From Anthoceros angustus (Eukaryota > Plantae > Anthocerotophyta), in the NCBI GenBank assembly GCA_010909165.1, contig MU008176.1:488856-552855 (forward strand): DNA of 64,000 nt. Direction: 5' to 3'. The first letter of the stretch is position 1. Each line of letters opens with the position of its first letter. A model generated the notes under the pieces. It was not told the origin of the DNA. It did not search any database and saw nothing but the letters and a program-made list of their open reading frames with translations. The translations under genes were made by a program, and so were the position numbers. Positions 48,156 to 60,600 of the stretch are shown piece after piece.

Positions 48156-51100
48156 ATGGGAGACGCGCCTGAGCAGGACGCCCATGCTACAAATGGCAAG
48201 GCCTCCGACAGCAAGACTCAAGCAAATGGAAATGCAGCACCTGCTGCGACTGCAGCTCCGGATCTGAGCGACTACAAGATTCTTCGCGAAGGCGAGGCGG
48301 ATATTTTACTGCGTGGCAATGACGTCTTCTACAATAAGGCGCAGGTAGACTCTGCTGGCCAGAGCGGAAATTGGGATGTAAGCCGTGAGGTGCTAATTGC
48401 CGTCTGATAGTGATACCAGACGTTCTGGTCCACCTGCAGATCGTGAACAGGGACTTGTCGATTGCGGTGTTGCGAACTTTTGTGGCTGTGCGTGAAGAGG
48501 AGCAAAAGGCCTGTTACAGTAAGCGTGGAGGAAGCAATCAGAAGCCACGGGCCCAGCCTGTGAACGATGAGGGGGTTAAAGCGGAGGGTATGGGTGCAGC
48601 CGACGGTGAAGCCGAAGCTTCGAAAGGTGGACCTGGCCCGGGGAACTCCGACTCGGTGCCTTCAGTGAAGCCGATTCGTGTTTTGGAGGTGCGAATTTTG
48701 CCTGATAAGCATTCTGACAGCAAAGGTGTAGCTGAGGTTGTCGGTCAGTAGCTGTTTCGTTTCTGTTTTTAGGGAACGGAAGCCTTTGCCTTAACCTGGT
48801 TGCTGCTAGTGGTCTAGTATCTCAGGAGTTTTTTTTCACTTGTGTGTTTGAGTTTGCATACCGTCTCTAAAATCTTTGCAGGCTCTAGCAGCTTCGGGCT
48901 TGCGGGCACTGAGATATGCACGAGAGGTCCAAGGAGTCGGAAGTGTTTTGGCACTTGATAATGACACGGGTAGGACCATTTCTAGACACACTCCTCATTC
49001 TTTGCAATCAAGCTCAGTCGGGCTTTCTTAGTTGTCCTGATCCTCTTGTTTCAGCGCATCTTGGATTGGACTTCTGGGGATTTCATGCATTGGTGATGTT
49101 GCTGCAGTTGCCGTTGAAGTATGCAAGAGGAACATTCGGTTGAATGGTTCTGCTGTTTCAAGCAAGGTACATGCTGAACTAGCAGATGCGCGGCTCTACA
49201 TGCTCAGCCATGAGAAGGAGTTTGATGCGGTCAGTATCTGAAACAATTTACATCTATTTCACCACTCATTTCCTGCCACACCAGGTATTTCAGTGTCTGA
49301 TCCATCATGCTGAACCATTGGATTTCAATGTGATAACAGGTGGATCTCGATCCCTATGGGTCACCATCTGTCTTTCTGGACTCAGCAGTCCAATCCGTTA
49401 GCGATGGTGGGCTGCTCCTTTGCACTGCAACAGATATGGCAGTGCTCTGTGGTAACAATGGGGAAGTGTGTTACACCAAGTGAGTATGCACTTCACCAAG
49501 TACTTTTCCAAGATGAAGCTTTGCAAGAGCATCCCCCATACCCTGGAGGCCAATTGTTCTTGTTGCACTGCACAATCGTGTCATCTCAACAGCAATAATG
49601 CCCCGTCGTCTGGTCTGACTTTTGTGTTCAAATTGCAGGTATGGCTCCTACCCCCTACGAGGGAAGTATTGCCACGAGATGGCGCTCAGAATACTACTAG
49701 CTTCCATTGAGGTATACCCCATAGAAATCATTGTGCGTTTGGTGCCTCTGAATGCCCAAGCTCTTTTACTGGTAGGTACTCTCTCTCTGACAACCGACTT
49801 TGATGCAGAGCCATGCAAATCGATACAAGCGCCACATTGTACCTGTGCTTTCGGTCTCCATTGACTTCTATGTCAGAGTTTTTGTACGGATATACACGTA
49901 AGTGTGTCAATGCATGTGAAGGTGATGTAGGTGAGGCTATCTTGAGGTTCATAATGCCGTAGGAGCTTTTTGTTTTGATGTCTTTCTCTATGTGTGCATG
50001 TGCAGTTCAGCCAGTGCAATCAAGGCCAGCCCGAGCAAACTGTCTTATATCTATCAATGTGTGGGCTGTGACGCCTTTCATGCTCAACCTGTTGGTCGCA
50101 TCAGCTGCAAGGTCTGTGGGGCTGCGTTCTAGTTTGTGACCTTTAGTTAGCATGTCCTCCTCGGGCTATGGGTTTCTGATGCTTGTCTGCAAGCAGTCAT
50201 GATTGAATTGCAGGTCTCTTCAGAGATAACTTTTATGTTAGGACGTAAAAAACTGAACCTGTTTAGGCTCTCAAGGGTTATCTGCTTTTGGCTCCAGAAT
50301 AACAGTGTTCGTTACATGCCTGGGACTGGACCTACAATTCTGCCCGAATGCAAGCATTGTGGAAAGCACTTCAACATGGGTGGTCCTTTGTGGATGGCGC
50401 CAATTCATGATGAAGCCTGGGTGACGTCAACACTTGAGAGGACAAGGCAGTTGAAGTGTAGATATCCTGCATTTGATAAAGTGCACAGCATTCTGACTGC
50501 AGTTTCAGAGGTGAGTTGCTTATGTCCGACTTTCTTTTGAAAATACCATTTTGAGGGATTGTTCTGATTCACTTCCAAGGAAAAGTAGTGGGTTGCCTCT
50601 TGGTAACGTTTGACTACTCCTCCACAGGAGCTTATGGATGTGCCGTTATTTCTTAGCATGCACTCGCTATGTGCCACCTTGAAGTGCACATCTCCTTCTG
50701 CAGCGATTTTCCGGTCTGCAGTTGCGAATGCTGGTTACCGCATTTCAGGGTCTCATGCAAATCCATTAGGCCTTAAGACGGATGCACCTTTTGAGGTGAT
50801 CTGGGATATAATGCGTTGTTGGGTATGTATCAACGGACTAGAAAGTTTTTCTTTTGTCGTGCCTTGCTCTGTGTCTTCATACTCTTTATGCTGTGCTTGC
50901 TACTGATTTGTAAGAGACATCATGGTCCGTGCAGGTTAAGGATCATCCGGTGAAGGCCCAGCCTGCAGATACGCCAGGGAGCATCATCCTCAGCAAGGAA
51001 CCTGAGCTGAAAGTGAGTGTCCTGACCTGTGAGCCATCTTCACATTTCTGCAGTTCGAAGATCGGCTTGAACTGAATGTGTGTGGTTTGAAACGTAGGCC

Positions 51101-51328
51101 AATTTCGCTCGGGTAAATGCTGCGCTAAGCAAAGCTTTATCAGCGGGAGTTCCACGGTTCTTGCCCAACCCCGAGGAATTTTGGGGACCAAAGCCCAGAG
51201 CAGGTCGCCATCTCACTGATAAGCACATTGGCTCTCTCGGGAGGAACGCCGTCGAGGGGTCCGGCAAAGCTCCAGGAAGCAGCGAGAACGACGGGCCATC
51301 TGTGAAACGCCAGAAAGTGGATGTGTAG
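48156..51328 (+). CDS. TRM1: tRNA (guanine-26 N2,N2)-dimethyltransferase, about 12 exons
   Basis: VFYNKAQ|[14 protein letters not shown]|[13 protein letters not shown]|[62 protein letters not shown]. Confidence 0.95.
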
Positions 51329-51490
51329 GAAGATTGCGCTTTGAGAAGCTGAGTACCAAACAAACTAACTCTGCTTTCATTTCCTTTGAGTCAATAGGTA
51401 CTCCAAATTTTGCCCTTCGATGATTCTTCAGATGGGTCTGACTTGCTCGCTGCTTAGCCGATGTCGCAGCCAGCAGTGGCTACGAGAGAT

Positions 51491-51985
51491 CTAGGCCCTC
51501 CTAATGGGTTGCCAATTACCAGGGTCCCCATGTGTAGGACCACCTACGATGGTAATGTGCTCGTCGCCACTTACGTAGAACCCCTTGAGCGAGATGGGGC
51601 GCGTGGCAGTTATAAGAGCCCTGACCATTGCCGGCGCCAGCGTCACAACACCAGCCGAGATGGCTTCTGGGATAATAGAGGAGGCGACGAGCGGAGCCAG
51701 GGCCGCAGCCGCTGAGCCAGCTGCGGGAACAGCAGCCAAGCCCGCAGTCACAGCCGACACTATTGCTAAACCGGTAGGTATAGCAATCGACAAAACAGCT
51801 TCGGTGTTAGTAGGCTCGTTGCTGCCGTCGTACGGGAAGATATCGATCGAGAACCAGACACGGCCGGTGTTCCGAGTAGCATCCTCGCCGGGTTGCAGCA
51901 CTCCCCAGTAGAGCGGCCCGACTTGCGAGATGACGAAGACCAAAGGAATCTCAGTGCGATTGTGGAAGGAGATGCTGCCCCCCAT
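51491..51985 (-). CDS. Orphan 164-aa intronless protein: predicted beta-rich N- and C-termini around a long Ala/Gly/Leu hydrophobic segment
   Basis: Clean ATG-to-stop ORF with protein-like composition (SFHNRTEIPLVFVISQVGPLYWGVLQPGE..TGRVWFSI; hydrophobic residues ~64-125; ITIVGGP); no signal peptide. Confidence 0.65.
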   Translation of the reverse strand: MGGSISFHNRTEIPLVFVISQVGPLYWGVLQPGEDATRNTGRVWFSIDIFPYDGSNEPTNTEAVLSIAIPTGLAIVSAVTAGLAAVPAAGSAAAALAPLVASSIIPEAISAGVVTLAPAMVRALITATRPISLKGFYVSGDEHITIVGGPTHGDPGNWQPIRRA

Positions 51986-52299
51986 CTTAGATCGCTGTTA
52001 GGTAGAACACATTCGAGAATGCATCAGTCCAGGCCAGCAACCAGCAGGAAGTCACGGAATGGGTGGGATTTCCCAGCCTTTCACTGCAGAACAGACACTG
52101 AACCCTAACCTCACGCAGTAGAAGCTGGCAATTTGCAAATTGAAATTCGCCCCTGGAGCCAAGCAGCGGCAGCAAGCGGTAAGCCGCAGCCGTAGTCTCC
52201 AGTGATTTGTCGTCTGCCGCGCCCTCAGTCAGATGTAGGACAGACCAGAGAGATAACTAAACAGTCAGTCAGTTAGCGTCTGCCATGCAGGGCGGACGA

Positions 52300-53800
52300 G
52301 AGAAAACGCTGAACAGTCATCGGCTTTGACTAGGCCCATTCCTTCGTCAGTCCCAGATCAGGATGAACTGGTTACAGCATCTTCCATGCTGTAGGGCTAC
52401 AGGACGCGGACGCGGGAAGTCACTCTTATCACCATAATAAAGAGAGGACGCACGTCGTTTCTTGGAGACATCCTGGACCCGGTTATCGAACCACTGTTGA
52501 CCAGTAATCTCGGCAACTTGAGAGTAATGCCACGATTAGTTAAAGCTGGTGTCCGCTTGGTGGAATTTTTACAACATCGGGCACCATAAGCTGGGTGGTG
52601 GCCAAGCCCTCCTTCAAAATATCAGCCTCCATACTCTCCGAGTTCCGAAGAACACCTATCACACGTTCCTGAGCATGCTGGAGAAGCCAAGGTTGCCTCC
52701 TGATTAGGGCTCGTAATTATTCCAAAACTACAACTCAACTGGGTGATAGCTCGTTAAAAGAGACTTCCAATTTCACCTCGTGAGCACTCACCTCCACGAC
52801 ATCACTCTGTTCATGATTGGCTTATTCAACCTGATGTTGATCAGTCACCTCAATGACATCACTCTCTGCATGATTGGCTTCTTCAACTGGCTCGTGGCAT
52901 CCCGCTGGCTGTAGAAGTTGAAGTGTTCTTGTGACTCATCATGAGACCTACCACATGAGACATGAGCCTCCAAATTCTGGATATCCTTGGGTGTCAAGAA
53001 ATCATCTCGGGCAAACCGGGATTCTTCCTTCGTTTCTCATGCACTTCCTCCTTATGGCCCAAATGGCTTAGTCCAACCGGACCCGGACGGGTACTTGTTG
53101 CTAATAGCCTAGTTTACTCCATGGAGCAATTTGCCCGGAGAAGTGAGTCCCATGGCAACATGTCCGTCCGCACGATGCCTCCCAACTGAACCGGTTGTAG
53201 TTCGGGTTACGCTTCAAAGGTTCACTTTGCGGCGTAATACGAACAAGAACACGGGACGGTGAACCCGGTGAGCCATGCGGACGGGGAACCCGGTGGGCAT
53301 TGCGGACGGTGAACCGGTTGAGAACTGTGGACGGTGAATAGGCGCCTTTACTTCTTGAAACCTACATCCTTTAGCCCTATCCTCCAAGACGAAATCAAAA
53401 GCGGACCTGGGCCTCGCACACCGAAAGTGGACTCTTCGAAGTACGGCGCATGTGAAATCGAGATGGCAAACCCCAGTACCACAATCAGTTTGTAGGTGAG
53501 CAGTAAGTGACGGGTAACCATTGGGGAATGCCGCAGAATGGAAGCACCAGAATCAGTTTATGGGAACACTGCATTGATATAGGTTTGGACTTCATAATCT
53601 CGAGTACATGGGAAACCATCAACAACCCACAGCCGTCATCTCCTCACAGCATTGAACAATGATCTCGAAAAAGCTGCATCGCGATGCGCTGTTGTGGACG
53701 ACATCTTCGGCCGATGATCACTGTAAAGCAATGGAGACCTTGTACATCCAGAGGGACTTGGACTTGTTGTAGTCTTAACTGGGACTTTCTGAGAACCCCG
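52300..53800 (-). pseudogene. Decayed coding-like remnant (possible TE) with Arg/Ser/Pro-rich 24-bp repeats and an acidic 57-bp repeat
   Basis: Repeated ggacggtgaac(c)cggt at about 53255-53340; duplicated catcactct..catgattggctt at about 52800-52880; stop-riddled frames. Confidence 0.3.
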
Positions 53801-53889
53801 GTTGTTTGTGAGCGAAGGTCCTCAGCCAGCCTTAGTCGCGCAGACCCGGCTTGTTAACTGCCCGCCCTGTGAAATACGAGTCTTACATC

Positions 53890-56800
53890 CTAAAGGGGGC
53901 AGTTATCATGCTTTTTCGGAGGGTTTGTCAAAATCTGCACCCAGGAAAATCACAACAGCGTCTTTAGTTGAAGAGTCCACAATTGGGTGGAACTTGTGCA
54001 ACTCAAGTAGGCGACTTCAGTAACATACCTTCCCTTTGAGAGAGACAAGCTCTGCACAGATGTGACGACGCGTGTCATGGGGCATGATGACAGCATCCAC
54101 ATAGCCCAGGCTGGCAGCAACATAGGGGTTATTGAACTTTTCTTCGTACTCTTTAACAGCGCTCTCCACGTCCTTTCGTGCTTTGTAGAGGATTTCAGCA
54201 GCACCCTGTCCTCAGTTTACACGCAACGACTATGAGTGCTCTTAAAAGATGCAGTTTCATACAGAGGAAGGTCAACCTTCAATGGCACAGCGATCTGGGC
54301 TTGAAGCACACCTTTGCACCCATGACAGCAATCTCCGCAGTTGGCCAGGCAAAGTTTGCATCGCCTCGCAAATGCTTGGAACTCATCACTGCGAGGTTGG
54401 TAAATGTCAGGTGCAGATATGGAGGAGGTTGCAAGATATGAAAGCACATGCAAGGGTCAAAGTTTCACTACCGTCATAGGCACCGCCATAAGCCTTCCGA
54501 GTGATGACGGTGATTTTAGGGACAGTAGCTTCCGCAAAAGCATAAAGGAGCTTTGCACCATGCTTGATAATGCCTCCATGTTCCTGAGCTACTCCTGCAT
54601 TAAATCAGTTTATCGTCTTCAGAACATTATACACTATGCCGCTATGTTCAGTCAAAAGCTACAAGAGAATGAGCCAGAGATCAGTCACAGAGATGTAGGG
54701 ATCCGAAGGGTTTGGAACACTAATTCGTAGACCTTATGAGAGCAAGGGAACTCACCTGGAAGGAATCCTGGGACATCAACAAATGTCACAATAGGGATGT
54801 TAAAACAGTCGCAGAATCGCACAAACCTGGCTGCCTGCGTATGAAAGCTATATCATTTGGGGTGCTCGGGACAGTGACACTCTATCGTGACATGAACCAC
54901 CGAAAACGAATGAATGGACTGTTTTTTGCTTTGACTACCTTCACCGATGAATCAATATCAAGGCACCCAGCCCCAACTAGTGGCTGATTTGCAACTAGTC
55001 CCACAGTCTCACCATTCATCCTCTGCACATTACATGCAAAGTGGTTGCCACTGTCTGTGAATGTGCAGTTACCCATACACACTGGCACATATTTGTTAAT
55101 CCAATGACGTCGTTCACAGACTCTACATGTTCATAACCGATAGAACGAATATTGTACATACCGCAAATCCCACAATTATGTTTCGTGCATACTCTGGCAT
55201 GATCTCAAAAATGTCAGCATCATCTACCACCTGACATGGAGCACAGATAGCTGCTTAGCACACAGCCAGACAAAAAGTGCAGCGTTACTCAGACCATGGG
55301 TATTTGTGCACATAACATGAGCATGCGGTTACATCCATAAAAATGACAGCTTACTTTTTCCAATGCTTCGTACATGTCATATGGTGTGTTGCTATCTCCT
55401 GGGACGAGGTAGTCCAAGGAAGTTGCTTTCCTGTCCCTGCAATGGCATGCCAACAACTCATGAGTGCATATTGCTTAACACAGAGGCCACATCTTCAGGT
55501 GGCACACGGGACTGACACCAAAGATGTAGTACGGCACTGCTTACACTGGGTCCGACGTGAGCCACGCCGGAGGAGGTGACCGATTACTTGAAGGCAGAAA
55601 GCCCGTCAGCTCTCGTACTCTGGTTCATGAAACCCAGGCTATACTCAACTGCCACGATTGGATAGACTGTCGACCTAATGGAAAAGTCGTTTGCAGACAG
55701 CTAGATACAAGAGAAATCCTACTGCTGTAGACAAGTACCTGGCCAGGGCATCAAGATCATTGTTAAATGCGCCATGCACAACTCCTGACTTTTTTGTGTG
55801 AACACTGGCGCCACCTAAAGATTCCTGCAAGGAACGACCTCAAAGCTGTTTACACGTTCTAGTCTGGCTTGTGCAAAAGGAAACTGCAGTAGGATGATTC
55901 CCTCTCAAATGCAAATTCATGAGCAGAAACGAACCTGTGTGACATCTTCTTGAGTGACCTGTTTCAGCACGTCTGGACCAGTTACAAACATGTGAGAAGT
56001 CCCACGAACCTGCAGGCACCCGTCAACAACTCCAGCTTACATCCAAGGGAGGTTCTCACAAACTCGCTGCTCAGTTAGGCGAAAGGCTATTTTAAGTTGC
56101 CAATAGTTTTACCTACCATGAAAACAAAATCTGTGAGTGCTGGTGAGTAGACAGCTCCACCTGCATAGAGGGAAAAATTAACGTTTCAAACTGGGTGCTA
56201 ATGAGAGGTCAACCAATGCCAGTGGCGCCAACCAAACGAATTTGGTACCAGCACAAGGACCCATTATAAGCGAAATTTGTGGTACAACTCCAGATGCCAG
56301 AACATTTCTCTGCTAGCAGAAGAACGGCTGAAAGTGAGACAACACTCATGAAAAATAAAGTCAGAAGGCAAATTCTGAATATCATTGATATAAAGATGGC
56401 AATTTATCAGATGCTCCTAAACAGACTGATTTACAATCTGCCCACATGTGGATAAGTTACAACCTGAAAGACGTCAGCATATCCTGCAAGTGACACCACA
56501 CCCTCTTGAATGCGCGCACCCCCAGAATCATTCAAACCAATGACCTTCATTCCAGAAAGAGGACCTTTAATACGACAAAGAAGCACTAGAAAGCCTGAAA
56601 AATACTTATGACGATTCAGATGCAAAAAACCAAAAGTCACTACCGGAGCACCGGCAGCCATGGCTTTCTCCAGTATCTGCAAGAACGTGAGGAGGTTAAG
56701 CTCATAAGATCTCTTTGCTTCTGAACTTAAAACGTCCTACAGAGCACAGACAGGATGTTTTACATGCCTTGCAAATTTTTTGAGCGTGCGTTTCAGAGAG

Positions 56801-58035
56801 GCTGCCTCCAAAGACAGTAAAATCTTGGCTAAAGATGAACACCTGCCTGGTAGGCACAAGCAGGTACAGCCAGTCAGTGAGCAGGCAATCAATCCAAAGC
56901 AAAATTTGTTTTTCCTAAAGCTAAGTTACTGCCTTAATCTTCTCCTCATAGAATAAACAGCTGCCGTATACTAACCGTCCATGTATTGTGCCAGAGCCAG
57001 TTACCACACCTGAGTCCAGAAAGTTTGTAAGGCAGAAAATCGACACATCAAAATGGCTAACGAAATATAACCTGCCCTTGACAGACTAGCATGGAGACAA
57101 TCTGACCATATCATTTCCAATGCTGGACAACTTTCAGCAGCCATGCACATGAAAGAAACGTGAACAAGACGTCTCAGTCAGGGAACAGGACCGAAAGCCC
57201 CCACCATCTCCAGGTATTCGCTTTGTGGCCATGCTGAAGTCATTGCACCGATGCTGCACTAGCATACCTGACACAACAGCAGCAGCAGTCCAATTGCCGG
57301 TTACTGTAATGCTTCCAGACAGCACACTCCTTTCTTTTGCAGTAGCTCGATTTGAGGTATATACGTGATACAAAAAACTAAAACTATGGCCAGCATCTAC
57401 TAGTGATATGTCGCACCAGTTTCATAGAAAGAGCCTTCATCCAAGAGCACGGAGATCCTCTCCCGTGCTGTCAGCTGCACTTCAGGGCAACTCCACAACA
57501 TTACCACCCGAAAGAATTTTCTCTAGCACATACCTCCATACTAATCACTAGCGACAAGAACATGCAGAATGCTAAAAAGCAAACTACCTTTCCGGTTTTG
57601 TGCTGCTTCAAAATCCTAGCCTCACCGCCCCCCATCAGTGCTGCCTCTCTTGCTGCCTTGAATTTTCCATTGACTGTCTGCTCCAAATCCAGCACACCAC
57701 AAGCTGATAAGGTAAGAAATAGTTTATTCAAAGGGTGCACGAACGAGGCATCACCACACTGGAAACCTTTGTACCTGCGCGTCAGGTTGTACAAGTATCG
57801 GTCGTTTCTGCATCTGCATCAGAGACAAGAATGCAAGAGGCGGCAGCTCAATGTGTCTGCTCAGCAACTTAGCTATTGGCTTGTGAACGAGAACTCATAA
57901 ACTTCCATGGCAGCACCATTGCAAACGCGACTCTATTACCCAGTAGCTGGAACACAGTGGAGCCTCGGACAGAGTTCCTGCCCGGCTCTGGCTCTGAGAA
58001 AATCTGGCTAACATGAGTCCGAATTGCCTCTTCAT
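53890..58035 (-). CDS. PCCB: Propionyl-CoA carboxylase beta chain (mitochondrial-type), intron-rich (about 19 exons), apparently intact; one GC-AG intron (donor 56767-56766)
   Basis: GK|[72 protein letters not shown] (PCCB-specific, not MCCB), ends [10 protein letters not shown]; exons traced in phase (the exon 2 acceptor is ambiguous). Confidence 0.93.
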
Positions 58036-59329
58036 CTTGCAACCCTCCAGAAATTCACTTTCAAGGTAGCTGCAATCTCTTCTGGATAGCTTCCTATTCT
58101 TATGGCCCCATGTCACCCAATTCAGGCTGCACAGCTCTTCCACGGACTGGTCGAGCCTTATCCACAGCCTCTTTCATCCTCTAATTTTACCCTCCAATTC
58201 AAGTCGCACATACTAGCATACAGGCTCTGCGCAAGCGCGCTAACGGGGAGATCTACGACAGTGACCGCACGGAGCAAAAGAGCAGTGAAACAAAACATTC
58301 AATTCGATCATGGCGAGCTGCACAACAACACAACAACAGAGCTTCAAGAGCTCTCCGCAGCTGGATCCAGCAAATAATACTCCCTATACGAATGCTTGTT
58401 GTGCGGCATATTTTCATAAACATAAATTTCTTGTTTTCTAACCATGTACCACGGATCTGGATAGAGCTTATGTAGATTGAAAATGTCCGAAAAAAGGCCA
58501 TAAGTATGAAAGCAAAAGCCCGGCACCGTGCCTACCAGCATGGTAAGTATGGAATACCGATCTCGTCACACGGGCCCTTTAGGGTTTTTTTCCATTGTGA
58601 CCAAAGAAGTTTTCCGGCCGCATACGGCGGGAAAACTTCTGGTTCTCCCTTGACGACATCGGTCGTCGCGCCTGCCCTCGTGTCCCGATCTCGTCACTAA
58701 TGGTGTTTGTGTCAGAATCTTTTGTGTGTGTGACACACAATGTTTTTTTTTTTGTGAGGGCATGGGCCATCGGACATCCTTTCATTCGCCGTCTTGCCGT
58801 CATTTGCCATCACGAACCGTCACCGAGGGCTTGATGGGAGATAGCGTGGAGGAGGCACAGGGCACTGTATGCGGCGAGCATACGAGCCCTACTGATAGCG
58901 TCTGCGCCGCCATGCGCCTCGCGCGCGCTATCGCGACCATCCGGTCGTGCGCTGAGGGGCCAGCCATACGGGCCTCGCGGCGGTGGCGCACACCATCTTC
59001 ACGAACCGGCCTTTACATTGCACCACAACAAAGCCACCGGGCTCAACTCTCAAAACGCGAACAAACAAATCCAAATTGTCACGCTCCCGGGTCATGGTGG
59101 CGCACAAAATGTCACCGCTCGGTCATGGTGGCGCACAAATCAATTTTCTCCAGCCTACACCTAGCTCACTCCGGAAGGGCCGTCAGGCCACCGCCCCTCA
59201 CACCTCGTGCACCAGACCCCGGCGGGGTGATGGCGTCCACGCCCAGGGTGGCTTGACCTCAATCCCGGTGGAGGTATTCGGGCAATCGTCCCCTGTGCTG
59301 CACTCCTGCAGTGTTGTTAGTGCCATGCG

Positions 59330-60600
59330 GTAGATACATGTCCGGAGGAAGTCCATGTCCTGCAATCCCTTTGCATATGCATTGTCCCTCGCCATCTGCG
59401 GTTCTGCACAACCCATGATGGCCCCATCGATTCCCGTGCACCGCACAAATGGCGATCGCCCTCCTCCCTCCACAATCGTAACCTCAGACAAAATGAATGG
59501 AAGGCGACTGCGGTTGCTCACCGCTCAGCAATTCAATGCCGCTGAGTGGTGGCATCTCGGGGCCACGTTTTGTGCATACTGAGGGCCACCCACATCGAAC
59601 TCCTCGCCATCGTCCTCCTCACCCCCATATGCGGGTGGCTGCACCCACCCTTGTAGTCGACCTTCTTCTTGGAATGCGATTGCAGGCACATGGCCGGGGA
59701 TGTCTCTGTCGGCTGCCCTGATCTTCCGCACCCGGTGCCTATTCCATACCTGCCTCCAACGCTCGAGCTCCGCCCTCATCGTGGGCATGAAGGTCACGTG
59801 CAGGGAATGGATGTGCCAGGGGTTGGTGATGTCCAGTTCGCTGCTCCTCACCATATCCATCATGTACTCCTTGTAGAGGAACGCCCACTTTTCTCCCAGG
59901 GACCGCCAGAAATGCTCAATCCTCTGCAACAATCCGCATTCAGCCTTTGGTGTCATTGCGGACAAGGAAAGCAGACCACACCTAACTTTTACAGTTGTGC
60001 ACAGGGGCGCGGATGAAGTTGCTTCCATGTGCCCTTGGTCGCTCGGTTCATATCTGCCTCTATTAGGTTGTGCTCTGCGTGGTCAAGCCAATCACTGCGG
60101 ATGCCCAAACTTCCTCACGCTTCCACATAGGCGTTGAAAATCGTCGTGCTTGTTATCCTCGGTACCAACGAGGGGCGTAATGGGTTGCCCCATCTATGGC
60201 CCCATGGACTCAAGTAGAATTGGTACATCTTGTCAAAAGCAAGGCAACCGTCACCGTGCGATCACAACTCTCGCTTCTTCCCGCAACTGCGAACATCGCG
60301 AATGCCCCCCATCACGCACTTACAATCCATATGCCACATGTACATGGGTGTCGCATTGGTGTCTTGGCGGATCGCCTTGCGGCGTCGGCTGTGCCATGTG
60401 CATCAAGCAGCGCCTCGTGACTGCCTCCTTGGGATTTCGATTCCATCCGATTGCGGCTCTGCACCACGGCGTATTCAGCGTTCACCGTCGGTGATGGGTG
60501 TGTGCGTGGCGTGCACACCTCCTCCACGGACAACCTCCCATACACCGCGCCATGCCGTGTGCGAGCCTCGTCACGTGCTCAGGCTCGACCTAGCTCCGTC
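59330..60600 (-). pseudogene. IS3EU-type DDE integrase/transposase, frameshifted, with spliceosomal introns
   Basis: GIEIPRRQ..RRKAIR..PMYMWHMD|GTAAGT intron..VHGAIDG..TIFNAYVEA..WLDH..PVHN|intron|RIEHFWR..ELDITNPWHIHSLHVTFMP..WRQVWNRHRVR. Confidence 0.75.

Noticed and set aside
53890-58035. Interpretation as methylcrotonyl-CoA carboxylase beta (MCCB) or ACCase carboxyltransferase
   Set aside because: Has [30 protein letters not shown] (PCCB) rather than GAGNYGMCGRAY..WPNARISVMGG (MCCB)
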